Below, piece after piece: positions 26,285 to 41,024 of a DNA stretch of 64,000 nucleotides (positions within the stretch are counted from its first letter, which is position 1; each line of letters opens with the position of its first letter). A program made the translations under genes and the position numbers. The stretch is from Nymphaea colorata. Its lineage: Eukaryota. Location of the stretch: NCBI RefSeq assembly GCF_008831285.2, contig NC_045138.2:42966001-43030000 (forward strand). Direction: 5' to 3'. The notes beneath the pieces are model-generated. The model saw nothing but the letters and a program-made list of their open reading frames with translations. It was not told where the DNA came from and ran no database searches.

Positions 26285-28397
26285 GTGATTAAATGCCCTA
26301 ATCCAATTGCAGTCACTACGCAGCATGGTTCTCTATAAAAAGCTCCAAAGAAAATGTGGCATTGGATTTGATCTAGCATCAATTGAGGAGGACTATCATG
26401 TGCGTATTGGGTTCACATTAGTGAAGACCTGAGGTGTGAGTTGTTGGTCACATAACCTGCTTTAATATGATGCCCTTGGTTTTTTCTCTTAGCCTAGCCA
26501 ACAAAGAGGTTGTTTTGATGTTGATTGACATTGGTTCCATCTTCAATTGACGCTCACTGTGGATGTGAGTTTTAGATGTGGTGTGTGTGGTGCTATTTGA
26601 TATTGATTGCAATTGATGTGTTGTTCGCTATGAATGTGATTTTCAGATTTTCTAAGTTTTCAACTTTATTATTACTTTTCATTGTTGATTTCACATTACT
26701 AATTGTAATTCTAAAGTTGAAGGATTGTTTGATCCATCGACGAATCTTCCTCATTGTTGTCGATGTTAAAGGTAATCATAGTCGCAGTCTGTAACATGAT
26801 TGTTGTAACATGTGGTCTCTCTTCCTAGATTTAATGCAACTGAATTCTTTTATTACTTGAGAAGATGTGTGGCCGCTGGATCTTGTTTATCAGTCATATA
26901 TGTGCTTCAACTAGGATTGAATTCTTTGCATTGGTGATGATTTGGGACATATTGTCGGTTATGTGGTTTTAATGGCTGCAAATAAGAATGATGAAGGTAG
27001 ACCCAATCAAGGGCTGAATACAAGGCCTTCTCAAATCCCTTATCCTATGGGTTGATGGTTAAACTTTATGGCTCTAATTATGAAATATGGTCACAAACTT
27101 TTATGATGTATGTGGTAGGGCACAAGAAAGAACATATTGTTGAAGAAGATGAACCTGCACACAAACCTGGGAAGTATGCCCTATGGAAGGAAGATACAAT
27201 ATAGTTATGGCCGTTCAGTCCCATATTACCAGTAGACTTTGCAATTATAGGACTGCAAGCACATGTGGGAGTCTTTATTAAAAACCAACTCCCACAACAA
27301 GAATATGAGTCGTATCTTACTCAGTATTTTCTGTAGTTAAATCATTATATGGGAAGTTGAATCCACTGCAACCCCCATGTGATACCTATAATTCAATCAA
27401 GAGTGTGTTATGTTTGCACAGTTTCTTTTAGAACTATCTCTAGATGACTTGGTTGTGAAGGCATAGATAATGACTGGCTGAGATATACCTGATCTGGATG
27501 AAACACATAACCAGTTGAGTCAGCTTGCAGTTTCCTTATCTCAGAGTCCTAGTGACTCCTCCACTTATGCTTAGTTGTATCTAGAGGTCGTGGACATGGA
27601 TCTTTTTTCTTAACCTGTGGAAGAGGAGGTGGTAGCAGCTCTAGAGATAGAGGTCCATCCTAGTGCACTTATTGTGGCAAATTAGGGCATCTGAAAGACT
27701 GATGTTGGGATGAACATGGTTGACCTCATTCTACTTTGACATCATCTTGTTTGTCTACTGCACAATCAAATAAGCCTATGGCCAAGGCTATTTAGTCCAC
27801 TCCTCAAACATTGAGTGAAACAATTACGGTGAGTCGTGCTGAGTATGAATAGCACCTCGTACAGAAGGTTGTTTCCATGTCAGCCTTTGACTCTTCCTTC
27901 TCAGCATGTAGCATGATAAGTAAAGTATGGATTATTGATTATGGCGCATCCAACATTTTTGTAGTGATTCTCCAAGCTTTATCAGTTTGTGTTCCTATTT
28001 TCCTACTCGACATGTGAGTCTTGCTAATGGGAGATTGCCTCCACTTGAGGAACAAAGAGATATTCACTTGTCTCATGACTTGCATATTCAAAGGGTGTTA
28101 CATACCCCAAACTTTCCTAAGAACCTTTTATTTGTGAGCCAACTGACAAAAGGATTAAATTGTCATGTGATTTTTTATTCTAGCTCTTGTGTTTTTTAGG
28201 ATCTGTCGAATGGGAAATTGGTGGAGGTCATGAAGAGGGAGGCATTTACTATCTTCATAATCTAGATGGAGTAGCATCCTCGTCCATTGAGTCTAATTTG
28301 CATTGGTTTCAATTGCACCTCAGGCTAGGTCACTTATGTCCCCATAAAATTTATTAGTTTTGACAAGAGGTTCCTCCTTAGGCTACCTTATAGTGTG

Positions 28398-28568
28398 TGT
28401 TAAATAAATAGTCTTTATAGTTGGTTAGAGTGTTTCTGCAATATTAGGAAGTTGGAGTGTAGGTCTTTAAATATTATCTTATTTTGTTTGGACTAATATT
28501 GTAAATTTTGTGTCGTCAACCCTAATCTCTTTACCTTTGAGATTAGGGTTACGTTAATCATAATTATG

Positions 28569-28618
<50 letters not shown>

Positions 28619-31600
28619 ATAACATGGTATCAGAGCTGAGGGTCTCCTAACTTCGGCAGCCAAGTAAGTCCTCCGGCAACTTCTTTTTCCGGCGACTCCT
28701 TACTCTAGCAATATCTTTCCTTCTTTCTCTTTTTGTCGCCCATCATTATTCCTCCTTATCCTCCAATAGGGAGGCGGTAAGAAAATAGGGCTTGAGTGTG
28801 CTGCATGGAGGAGGACCTGATCATGCTTATGTAGAAGGCATGCTCAGATCCTCGAGTGGATCATTTGGAGCAGAGTTGATCTGCTATTCATGGATGTTGT
28901 TTAAGGTGTGACCAGAATTTCAAATGGATTGTGTGGACCAGAGTTTATCTGTTATTCATGGATGTCGTTTGGAATTTTTTTTTTTGACATGAGTTGTGCA
29001 CGGCTAATAATATGTGGTGCAACTGAAAGTGAAGCAACAGTCAGCAGTCATCAGCAATAGTCGGCTGAAACTTCGTATGTGGGTCAACTGAAAGTGCACC
29101 AGCAGCAGTCAACAGTAGCCAGCAGCCATCTGTAGTAGTCGGCTGAAACTGTACTAATTTGTTATCTTCTCTATTTCTACTGTTCAGAATTGCTTAGTCA
29201 TGTGATAACATATTCTTCTTTGCTGCCTAGTATCTGATATTCTTACGGTCTTCGAGGTCAGTTGAAACATTTTTTCTTTGTTGTGGTTGACTGTTGCATC
29301 CTATACACATATATTGTGCGTCAATTTTCTTTTAATCTACTATGGCTGATGGTAGTAATTCTAAAGGTTCTAATGAATACAAATTGACTGGACACTCCTT
29401 ATCCTATGGAACCACAATCAAACTTAATGGTACAGATTCTGAAATCTGGCCCAGGGTGTTCATGATGTATGTGGCTGGTCATAGGAAGAGACATATTATT
29501 GAAGAAAATGAACCTACTAAGAAAAAGGGGAAATATGCTATGTGGGATGAGGATAGTGACATTGTTATGTCGTGGATTATGAACAGTGTGGAGTCTCATA
29601 TAACTCCTACAATTACATATTATACCAAGGCCAAAGATATGTGGTCTTTCTTGAGAAAGACATATTCTCATGCCACTAATGTTATTAAGATTTTACAAAT
29701 GAAAGAGGAGTGATATAACATACAGCAAGGTGATCAAGACTTGTCCTAGTATTTTGCTACATTGATTGTTGCATATGAAAGGTTAAAAGCCCCTCGCCCA
29801 CCTTGCCAACACTACTATGCATCACACTTTGAATCCGGTATGATAGCAAAGTTTCTATCTAGGTTATTTTTAGAGTAATCTATGGCAAAGATGCAAATTC
29901 TCACAGGCAGTAATCTTCTTGACTTAGCTAATACATATAACAGACTAAGCCATTTTACAGTCAGTCTCTCTCATCCTACGCATGACACATCAGTCTCTAC
30001 ACTTGTGGTTTTAAGAGGACATGGCCATAGCTCTTATGTTGGAGCTAGGGGACGTGGTACAGGCCAAGGTGTAGGTCGCGGCAAGTTTCAATGCACCTTT
30101 TGTGGCAAATTAGGCCATTTAGAGGACCGTTGTTGGGACAAGCATCCTCATCTCCATTCTATTGGTCCACTAGGGCATGGTAGAGGCAGAATCACAATAG
30201 GCAAAGGGTCTTCCCCATCCCCAACAGCTTCCTCAAAGGCTACAGCATCTATGGTTGAGTCTTCTACTGATTCTCCTATACCCACATCATATTCCCTTAA
30301 CTTATGTAAGGATGAATATGATTTTGTTCTTGCTCAAAGATCTACCTCAACATCTGCTACCACTGTTGGAATGGACTTAGCCTTTTCTGTTTGTAACTCT
30401 ACTAATGACCCAGATATGATGTGGATGATAGATTCAAGAGCATCTAGGCATTGTTGTAATCAGTCATAGATTTTTTCGTCGTTAATCAGATTCTCTAGAC
30501 CATAGCATGTCAGACTGGCCGATGGCAAGCTATCTCATGTTATGGGCAGCGGTGGTATCTATTTTTCACACTTAGGCACCATTACACATGTGCTATATGC
30601 TTCTCGGTTTTATTTAATTTGTTATATGTTAAGCAACTGGCTAGTGACTTATAGTGCAGAGTCATTTTCTATCATGGTTCATGTTCTTGTCAAGACTTAC
30701 AAACTGGGAAAATGATTGGTGGCGACCATGAACGTGAGGGACTCTATTTCCTTTCTGTCCTAGTAGATGTTGCTGCATCTTTCAAATATAAGATCTCTCA
30801 TTTTCAATGGCATCTCAGACTAGGTCATCCATCTTTGTCTAAACTTTGTCACATGTTTTTATATATTTTTGCATTGGAGTCTTTGTTATGTGATGTGTGC
30901 CAATTAAGTAAGCATACACGGAGTAGTTTTCCTTCAAGTCAGAGTCCATGTAGTCAAAGCCCTTTTGATCTTCTTCATGTGGATGTTTGGGGCTCAAGTC
31001 GGGTTTCTTTTTGGTCGTTTTTCTGTTATTACCTTGTTTTGGTTGATGATTTTACTAGAGTCAGTTGGGTATTTTTGTTACGAGAGAGATCTGAAGTTAT
31101 TTGTATTCTTCAGAAATTTGTCAAGGAAATAAAAACTCAGTTTGGTTTCATTGTGAAAAATATCCGCACTGATAATACTCTTGAATTCAAATCTTTCATT
31201 TTACTTCAATTTTATGCTAATCATGGAATTTGACCATAATATACTTGTCTCCATACATTTCAACAAAATGGTGTTGTCGAATGCAAACATCGGCAACTCC
31301 TAAATGTGGCCCGCACCCTCATGCTATATTCTCATATGTTTGCCTACTTTTGGGGGGATGTTATTCTCACAGCTTACTATCTCACTGACAGATTACCCTT
31401 GTTGGCCGTCCAAGAATGCATTCTCATTCAAATATTATATCCTGATCGACCGTTATTTCATTTAGCTCCCAAAGTATTTGGATGCACTTGTTTTGCACAC
31501 ATATTAGGCCCAAACAAAAACAAACTTGTGTCCCAAGCCATTAGATATGTATTTATTGGATATTCTACAAATCAAAGGATATTGGTGTTTTGATCCCCAG

Positions 31601-33740
31601 ACCAGGAAAGAGATTGTCAGTGCGGATGTAACATTCTTTGAGTTTCATCCTTATTTTTCCTCTCTGAGTCCCACTATGTCTGAGATGCCAGTTTCTATTC
31701 CTATTCTTATTCCTCTAGTGCCACTTGAGTCTATTCCCCCTTCTCCACCAATGTCATGTAAATGTTTCCTTGATCTTCCATTAGTCTATACTCGCCGTCA
31801 AAGTCCCTCTCCAGAACACCCACTAGCGTCTTCTCAAGAGGTAAGTTCTACGGATAAGACTAACTTAGGCATAAATGATGACCACTATGCAGATGATCTT
31901 TCTATTGATATTCGCAAGGTCCAGTGACAGTGCACACTGCATCCGATCTTTAACTTCGTCTCTACTGATTATCTATGTACAAGTTTGGCACAGTTTGATC
32001 GAGCTTTGTCTACTCATATTGTCCCATCTTCTCACCACCAAGCCTTATTAGACTCACGATGGAGGCAAGCCATGCAGGAGAAAATTGATGCACTTATTTC
32101 TAGGGAGGTGGATCCACCAATGAATTGCAATGTTGTTGGCTCTAAAAGGTTGTTCACCATCAAGTATCATTATGACGGCTCAGTCGAACGGTTCAAAGCA
32201 CATCTTGTGGCTAAAGGAAATACATAAACTTATGGGGTTGACTTCTTTGAGACTTTTCCACCCGTGGCTCGGTTAGGCACTATTCGACTCATTATATCTC
32301 TTGTTGTCTATCTGGATTGGCCTCTATTTCAAATTGATGTGAAAAATACCTTTTTATATAGAGATCTCTCTAAAACAGTCTATATGCAGCAACCACCTGG
32401 TTTTGAGCAACAATGGGGAGTGTTCCAAGGTATGCAAACTAAAAAAGGTCATTTATGGACTTAAACATAGTCCCCATGCACGGTTCCATAAGCTAACTGA
32501 AGATGTATCTAAGTGTGGATTTCGAAGACCCCAGTTTGATCACTCGTTGTTTATCAAGCAAGGCACATATGGTATACTGATATTGACTGTGTGTGTTGAT
32601 AATGTTGCTCTCACCAGAGAAAGTAATCAAGAGATAGCTCAGACAAAGGAATTTCTATAGAAGCACTTTGTCACAAAAGACCTTCATCAACTCTGCTATT
32701 TCCTTGGTATTGAAGTGGCTCGTAGTAGTAAAGAGGTTGTAGTGTCTCAAAGAAAATATGTTCTTGATCTTCTGTAGAAAACATGTCTATTGGGAGCTAA
32801 ACCTGCCACACTTCCTATGAATCATCGAGTTCACATTCATGATGATGAATCAAAGCCTTTTGACTCTAAATCTTACATATCTCTGATAGGAAAACTTTTA
32901 TATTCGACTTTCGCTCGTATTGACATTAGCTTTGTTGTGAATAAGCTAAGTCAATTCATAGAAAAACCTTAGAAGGTTCATTGGGAGGTTGCACTAATGG
33001 TGGTAAGATACTTAAAATCCCAGAAAAGGGGTTATGGTTCAAAAAGGGACAATGTGTTGACATAGAAGTCTATAATGATGCTGATTATGTAGGGTCTGTA
33101 GATGAAAGGAAGTCTACTGCATGCTTTTTGTGTCTTTGTTATAGGTAATCTTATTTCTTGAAAGAGCAAGAAGCATAATATGGTTGCCCGATCTAGTGTT
33201 GAGTGTAGGTATAGGGCTATGGCCCAAACTACAGCTGAACTGACATGGATTAGATTAGTGCTTCTAGATTTGGGCATTTCAGTGAATCTCCCAATAAAGA
33301 TGCATTGTGATAACAAGGCAGCAACTTATATTGCAAACAACCTTATTTTCCATGAGAGAACGAAACACATTGAAGTGGATTGTCACTATGTTCAAGACTT
33401 GGTACAAGAATGAGCTATTAACACTATTCATGTCTCTTCTGAAGATCAAGCACCTCATATTTTTGCCAATGCTCTACCCATAGGTGATTTCTTGAGAGGT
33501 TATAACAAGTTGAGCATGATTGATATCTATGCTCCAGCTTGAGGGGGAGTATTAAGTAGTCTTTATAGTCGGTTAGAGTGTTTCTACAATATTAGGAAGT
33601 TGGAGTGTAGGTCTTAATATTATCTTATTTTGTTTGGACTAATATTGTAACTCTTGTACCACCAACCCTAATCTCTTTAACTTTGAGATTAGGGTAACGT
33701 TAATCACAATTCTGATGTTTCTCTTTCTCTGGTCATAACA
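28398..33740 (+). mobile_element. Ty1/Copia element B, full length, pseudogenised gag-pol
   Basis: LTRs 28398-28624 and 33550-33740; perfect TSD GTGTG; PBS TGGTATCAGAGC; PPT TTGAGGGGGAG. Motifs include the CTFCGKLGHLEDRC knuckle, WMIDSRAS, WHLRLGH, HVDVWG and FHERTKHIEVDCH. Confidence 0.95.
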
Positions 33741-33753
33741 GTGTGAAGCTTGT

Positions 33754-36700
33754 CCGCGGCAGTTCTAAGCGCCGGCAGAAGTTCTTTTCAGAATTGGCTT
33801 CCTCCTTTCACATTGCTGCAATACTCAGGGGCTGGACAGCTTTGCCTGTGTCTGTTTGTCCTCTGTCGTGGTGTTGTGTTGGCTTCTTGTGACAGTCGAA
33901 GGAGCCTGCCATCACCTTACTTTCTTTCTCTGCTGATTTTTTTGTGAAGGGTGATCATGGCATAATCTTCTCCATCTACTATCAATGTTGATTAAGCTGA
34001 CTTTGGGGCTTCTAGGATGGAAAATATTCCCATTCAGGTTACAGCAATTCGTCTTACCAATGAGAATTATCATCAATGGTCTGTCGCGATTACTATGGGG
34101 ATCGCTAGTCGAGGCAGAATTGCTTATATAAATGGGAGGAAGATTGAATTGGTTGAGACGAATGTTGCTTGGGACACATGGTTTCTTGAGGACAACCAAG
34201 TTAAAACTTGGCTTGTCAACTCTGTGTCCCCCGAGATTCAACCTCTTATTCTTCGCAAGAGGACTGCGAGGGATATGTGGGTTATACTTGAGCAGATCTA
34301 TGGCTAAAAGAAGAAAATTGTTCGAGTGTATCAGTTGATGAAGGATGTCTATTCTCTACGGCAAGGTGATCACTTTGTAGCAGATTTCTATGCTGCCTTA
34401 AAATCTAAGTGGGAGGAACTTGACTACTACTCTAACGACACTTGGGATTGTTCCCAAGATCAAGTGCGTCATTTAGCCAAAGAATGGGAGAATAGGGTAT
34501 TCTTATTTTTAGCAGGGTTGAATGATGACTTTGAAGGCATAAGGAGTCAAATCCTTAATTCTGACCTACTACCTAGTATTGAAGAGGTTTACTCTCATGT
34601 GGAGGCTGAAGAGCAACAACGCCTTGTTATTTCTGGGAAAAAGGGGGATCACATCTCGTACAATGAGAGGTCTGCTCTTGTTAGCCATGAACCTGTAGGA
34701 GTTGCCCGACCTCCTCGCAAGTGCACTCACTGCAAGAAGACTTATCATATAGTGGATTTTTGTTGGGACCTCCATCCAGAAAAGAAGAATAGTCGAGGGA
34801 AACCTTTTTGTGGGAAGAAATCTATTTCTGATGCGACGAACTCTAGTGGAGGGAAAGCTTCTATCTCTGCTAAACAGATTCGTGAGCTCCATGCGTATTT
34901 GAGTCAGATTGATGTTGGTCATACTGAAGCGTCAGATGATGTGAGGATTAACCATGCTCTTGTCATCTCTAGAGAAAAAGGTAATTCTTATATGAGAGAA
35001 TGGATTGTTGACAATGGTGCTACCCACCACATGACTGGCAATGCTAAGCTCTTCCATGAATATAAGCTCTCATCAGGAAAGGGACGTGTTTCTCTTGCTG
35101 ATGGTTCCTTTACCTCTATGGTAGGAAAAGGGAGTCTTTCTTTGTTGAACAAATTTTTAGTACATGGTGCCTTACATGTTCCTCATCTTCCATTAAATCT
35201 CTTGTCTGTCAAAAAATTACAAAAGAGCTGAATTGTAAACTCATGTTCTCTACAAATTGTTGTGTTTTGCAGGACTTGGTAATAGGGAAGAGGATTGGGA
35301 TTGGTTTGGTGTCTGAAGGCTTATATCGAATACCCATCCATGTGGCCACCGCTCTTATGATAGCGGTTAGCAGGACAGAGAAGAAGAGAGAAGGTTGTCT
35401 TCAGTTATTTTTGTATTGGCATGAACGCCTTGGACATCTCCCTTTTGGGATTTTGAAACAGTTATTTACTTATTTATGTTCTGGTTTGGATATATCTATG
35501 TCATCTTGTGATGTTTGTCAGTTTGCTAAACATGTTAGAGCTTCATATCTTGTTTCTAACAATCGTGCTAATGAAGTGTTTTTGTTGATTCATTCTGATG
35601 TGTGGGGGCCTTCGAAAATTAATACTCGTTGTGGTTTTCAGTATTTTATAACCTTTATAGATGATTACTTAAGGAGTACCTTTGTTTACTTGTTAAAAGA
35701 CCGTAGTGAAGTGCCTCATGTCATAGAGACCTTCATCCTTCTTGTGGAGACCCAATATGGTATCTTTGTTAAGACTTTTCGGTCTGATAATGCTCGTATG
35801 TATGTCAAGATGTTGAAGATTTCTTTCAAAAAATGGGGATTGTTCATGACACGTCCTATTATACCCCTCCACAAAATGGAGTAGCTGAGAGGGAAAATCG
35901 TCAGTTACTCAATGTCAAGAGGGCCCTTTTGTTTCAAAGGAATCTTCCAAAACAATATTGGGGTGATGCAGTTCTCACTAGTGCATATCTGATCAATCGT
36001 ATGCCTAGTCATGTGCTAAATGGGCAGACTCCCCACTCTATGCTTCCAGGGAGTCGTCCACCCTTTCTCCTTCCACCTCATGCCTTTGGATGTGTTTGCT
36101 TTATTCATGATCACAGTCCTCATGTTAAAAAACTTGATCCGAGGTCAATTAAGGGTGTTTTTGTTGGATGTTCTCCTACTCAAAATGGGTATAAGTGTCT
36201 TGATCCTACCACTGGTTGAGTTTATGTTACCAAGGATGTCAGCTTCTTGGAACATGTCTCTTATTTTTGTGAGAATCCTCTTCAGTGGGAGAAGTGTATG
36301 TCAAGGGAAGAGTATTCTCCGAGTCAGGAAATTCAATTTACGGATTTTTTGGAGTACAAACGAGAAGAGTCCACCTGTTGAGGTACTTGAATAGGAGAGG
36401 AATAAAGAGTGTTCCACTGGGACGGAAGAGGAATGTAATCACTTGTGTGGGTGGGTGTACTCTAGGAGAAGAGTTCGTACAGATAAGGTGATTGATGGTG
36501 AGAATTCTACTCTTAATTCAATCCTACTTCTTCCCTGGATGACCCAAGTCATGCTCAGAAGAAACCTATTGAGGAAAACATTCAGACAGAAACTGTTCAG
36601 ACATAAACTGAAAAGGAGGAGCTTCCCATTGCCCTGAGAAAGGGTGTCAGGTTATTTACTCAACACCCTATTGGTAACTTTGTATCATATTCTAGACAGA

Positions 36701-38522
36701 GCAGGAATTACAAATGTTTTGTATCTTCTCTTTCTTTGGTTGTGATTCCCAAGACTGTTATAGAGGCTCAGAGTGATCCCAAGTGGACTTATGTTATGCA
36801 AGAAGAGATTGAAGCCTTGAGCAGAAACCGAACATGGGAAGTGGTAGAGATCCCTGAAGCAGCTCATCTGGTTGGATCCAAGTGAGTCTACACCATTAAG
36901 TACAAACCATAAGGGAATGTTGAGATGTACAAAGCTCGCCTGGTTGCCAACGGGTTTAGTTTGAAATATTGGATTGACTACTTGGAAATGTTTGCTCCTG
37001 TTGTGAAGACGAAGACTATTAGAGTTATTATTTCTCTAGCGGTGTTGAAGGAGTGGAAGATGTGCCAACTTGACATTAAGAATGTTTTTCTCAATGGAGA
37101 TCTTGAAGAAGTGTATATGTGTATGCCCCCAGGATGTGAAAAACCAGGAAAACGTTGTAAAGTGAAAAAGGCTTTGTATAGGCTCAAGCAGTCTCCCTGA
37201 GTATGGTTTGAACGTCTCAGTCTGATAATGAGAAAACATGGCTACAAACAAGGAAACATAGATCATACTCTGTTTGTGAAGAAGAATGAGGGTAAGGTTA
37301 CTCTTTTGTTAGTCTATGTTGATGATATGGTTGTTACAGGTGATGATGAAAATGAGATAACAAGATTAAAGGGTTTACTGGCTAATGAATTTGATCTCAA
37401 TGACCTTGGCAAACTAAGAAATTTTCTTGGTATTGAAATTGCTAGAACAAGTATGACCCTTGTGCTAAATCAAATAAAGTATACTCTGGATTTACTGAAA
37501 GAGACAGGAAAATTAGGGTGCAGACCGGCTTCTACTCCTCTAGATGCTGGACAAAAACTCAGGATTAAGGATGGAGAACCTCTTTGTGAAGAAGCTAAGG
37601 GGAAATATCAACGTCTAGTTGGAAGATTGATCAACCTCACTCTGACTAGACCTGATATCACTTTTACCGTAAATATGATGAGTCAGTTCATGCACGCGCC
37701 TACAGATACTCACTTGAAGGTTGTCGACAGAATCTTGTGTTACTTGAAGAGGAATCCTGGCAAGAGATTTCTATATGTGAAACAATGGCCTATTGAGATT
37801 GAAGGGTATTCAGATGCAGTGGGCAGGCTGTGTTGATACAGGAAGATCTACTTCAGGGTACTGCATCTAGTTGGGGGGGAAATCTTGTTGTTTGAAGAAA
37901 CAAAAGACAAGATGTTTGTTCCCGCTCAAGTGCAGAGGCTGAATATAGGGCTGTTGCTACTGGAGTGTCAAAATTAATGTGGCTGAAAATATTACTGATT
38001 GATATTGGGATAGAAACTGAAGGGCCTATGAAGATGTATTGTGATAAAAAGTCTGCAATCAATCTGGCCAACAACCCTGTGTTACATGACCAAACAAAGC
38101 ATGTCGAGATTGACCGTCACTTTATCTGAGAGAGAATTGATGCCAGAGAATTGATTCTTCCATATATGAAGTCTAAAGAGCAAACTACTGATATTCTGAT
38201 AAAGTCTTACCTGTGACTCCATTTGAGAGAAATGTATCCAAGTTGGGCATGTTTGATATGTATGCCCAACTTGAGGGGGAGTGTTGACATTTGTGGTATT
38301 TGGGTCTCTTATCTGGGTCTGGATATGGATCCGATCCAGTGTGTGGTTATGACCCTACTTAACCATTGTAAACCCTAATTTCAGTGTGTGAATGAAATTC
38401 TAAGAGAGAGAGAGAGTCTGGCGGCTAGTGCACACCAGTCCTCCTCACCTGTGGTTTTTTTCCCTCTTGTTGAGGGATTTTCCATGTTACATCTTGTTCG
38501 TCTCTTGTTTTTTGTTTTCACA
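33754..38522 (+). mobile_element. Ty1/Copia element C lacking its 5' LTR
   Basis: gag-pol from 34017 (WIVDNGATHH, WHERLGH, HSDVWGP, LLVYVDD, TKHVEIDRHF); PPT TTGAGGGGGAG; 3' LTR 38282-~38522 (TG...CA). No matching upstream LTR or PBS. Confidence 0.92.
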
Positions 38523-39094
38523 AGTAAAAAATATTTGCACTAATAATGATCTTGAGTATAAATTTGTATAGTTACTTCTATAAGGATAATGACATTTGTC
38601 CTCAATATACCTACCCTCAAGCCTCATAGCAAAATGAAATCGCCAAACGAAAGCATCAACACCATCTAGATGTTTCTTGTATCATTAGGCTCCAAATGAA
38701 CTTGCCTTTTATATTTTGGGGGGATGCTATACTAACTGCCTAATATCTCATTAATTGAATGCCCTCATCATCTATTGAGAATAAAATTCCAATACAAGTC
38801 CTATATTCACACAACTCTCTCTTTTCTTTACCTCTCAAATTATTTGGGTGCTCCTGTTTTGTGAATATTCTTGGCCGACGTAGAGACAAATTTTCAGCCC
38901 AGTCTATCAAATGTGTCTTCCTAAGAATACCCAAGAAATCAAAAACATTACCGTTGCAATGATCCCTTCACCAAGAAAAAGTTTATCAATGTGGATGTTA
39001 CTTTTTTTAGTCCCAACCATACATTCTTAGTCGTGCTCTTGCTCAAAATACTGAGGTGCCATTTCCTTCTTTGCCCATTCCTCCTATTCGTTTA

Positions 39095-41024
39095 GGGGGG
39101 CGTTTGATTGCCCGGTTGAACTCATTTTTATCTTAAAAAATGGTATGGGCGGGTGAAATTTCACTCGCCCGACTAAAACTGCATCAAACGGGGTGAAATT
39201 CACCCCGTTTAACGCAAAATGGGAGCAGGTGGATTTCCACTCGCTCGAAAGTCCGAGCTCGGACTTTCGAGCGGGTGGAATTTCACCCGCTCGACGTCCT
39301 CCCCCCCCCCCCCCCCAGCCCCCGCTCGACACCCTTCCCCCTCATTTCCTCCCTCTGCCCGCAGCTCCTCCTCGCTCGAACAGAAATCACACTATCGCCT
39401 TCTCATTATCGCACCAGAGGCCGCTCCCACCGTCGCCGCACTCACCACCACTGCTCCGCTCCTCTGCCAGTGATCTTTCCCCCTTTCTCTCTTTCTCTTT
39501 GATGCCCTCGTCTTCTCCCAAATCAGTGCCCTAATCACCGTCGCACAGAAATCGCCTTCTCGCTCGTAGGTTCTATGGCATCTCCCTTTCTCTGTTTCTC
39601 CCTTTCTCTCTTGCTCTCTGATGCCCTCCTTTTCTCCCTTTCTCTGTTGCCCTAATATATTCTTTTCTGGCATCTGACCGGCAGGGAAGACAGGGCATCA
39701 TCCGCCAACGCCACGATCGCCGCTCCTTCGATCCGCCATCGCTGTTGCTATTGCCCTCGTTTTCTCAACTTCTGATATTTCTCAAATCCCCTTTGTTGCG
39801 ATTTTAGCAGAGCATAAAAGGCTTTGCCGGATGTTGATGGCACTTTATAGTTTATACATTTCCCAGAGATGATGCATTCTCTTTTTCACTTATCTTTGGT
39901 TAGTTCCACTAATGCAGGGGATTATATTCCCTTCTCACCATTCATTTCTTACCTACTTGAAATCTACTGAGTGTACTTAGTAGATGAAGTTATAGCACTC
40001 CTTGAGCTTGACAGTTCGGCTGGTCTTCCGTTCACACTTTCAATATGAAACAATGTTGGAAACTTGGAAATAAACTGCAAACTGGGTATTATAAGTGAAA
40101 AAATCTGAGTATGCCAACTATAAGCAAGAAATTTCAATATAAGTGTTATTTGTATTATATGAGTGTTCATCACTGTGCTGGATGTTATTTTAGTTAATTC
40201 TCCATTTTGGATGTTGATGTTATTATATGAGCACGTATGGTTCTCATCTTTTCTCTACGGGCATTGTCAAGTTGACCCAAGAGCACATATGGTTCTCATC
40301 TTTTCTCTGTGGGCATTGTCAAGTTGACTACTTGTTACCAATTGCATCACAAATTAACACCATGGTGAAGCCTTTTGTTTATAGGCTGGATTTCCATTAC
40401 AGTTTATTTAATGTATTTTTCTTTATATACAAATGGGGCTGGATCGATTGCTTGTATGAAAGGGCTGCAAACAACATTGATGGCATCTGTTTATGTATTT
40501 TTCCAATATGCAACGACTTTGATGGCGTCTGTTTATGTGACTTCAAAACTCATTCTTACGCCTTACACAGTTACACTTGATCTCATTTGCTGTTTGGTTT
40601 CCAATATGCAACGATTTTCAGGTTACAAACAACATTGTGAATAATATCCAGAACGTGTTATTTAAGTCATCACCATGTTAGATGAAATCTTTAAGTCATC
40701 TGGATGTGTCAATGGCTTGGATGTTTTTTATTTATTGTTGAGTTGGGTTCTTCTTGAAGGTTGCAATGTTGTCATACAACTTATTTCATTTCTAAAAAAG
40801 TCCCCTAAATTTTCTATCCTATGCATCAAACATGGTTAAATTTACCAGGTTAAATTCTTCATTGTGCATCAAACAAGGTTAAAATTACCAGGTTAAATTC
40901 TTCCAGTGCATCAAATATGTCCTCAAATCGGAAGAGAGTTAAATTTCATCCTATTTTTTTTTCAAAAAAATTTACCATGGTAAATTTACCACGTTAAATT
41001 CTTCCTTGTGCATCAAACGCACCC
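39095..41024. mobile_element. Non-autonomous PIF/Harbinger element
   Basis: TIRs GGGGGGCGTTTGAT...ATCAAACGCACCC; TTA target duplication on both sides; CATCAAAC..GGTTAAATTTACC subterminal repeats at 40820-41020. No transposase ORF. Confidence 0.88.

Larger units (their letters stand above)
19752..27320 (+). repeat. Old tandem segmental duplication (copy 1 ~19752-23109, copy 2 ~23110-27320)
   Basis: Both copies begin GACAACATAAGA and are colinear through the flank, the Copia 5' LTR, the PBS and the gag start. They are visibly diverged. Confidence 0.9.

Noticed and set aside
39084..39673. Proline-rich ORFs in several frames
   Set aside because: GC-rich low-complexity TE interior, open in many frames with no recognisable domain.
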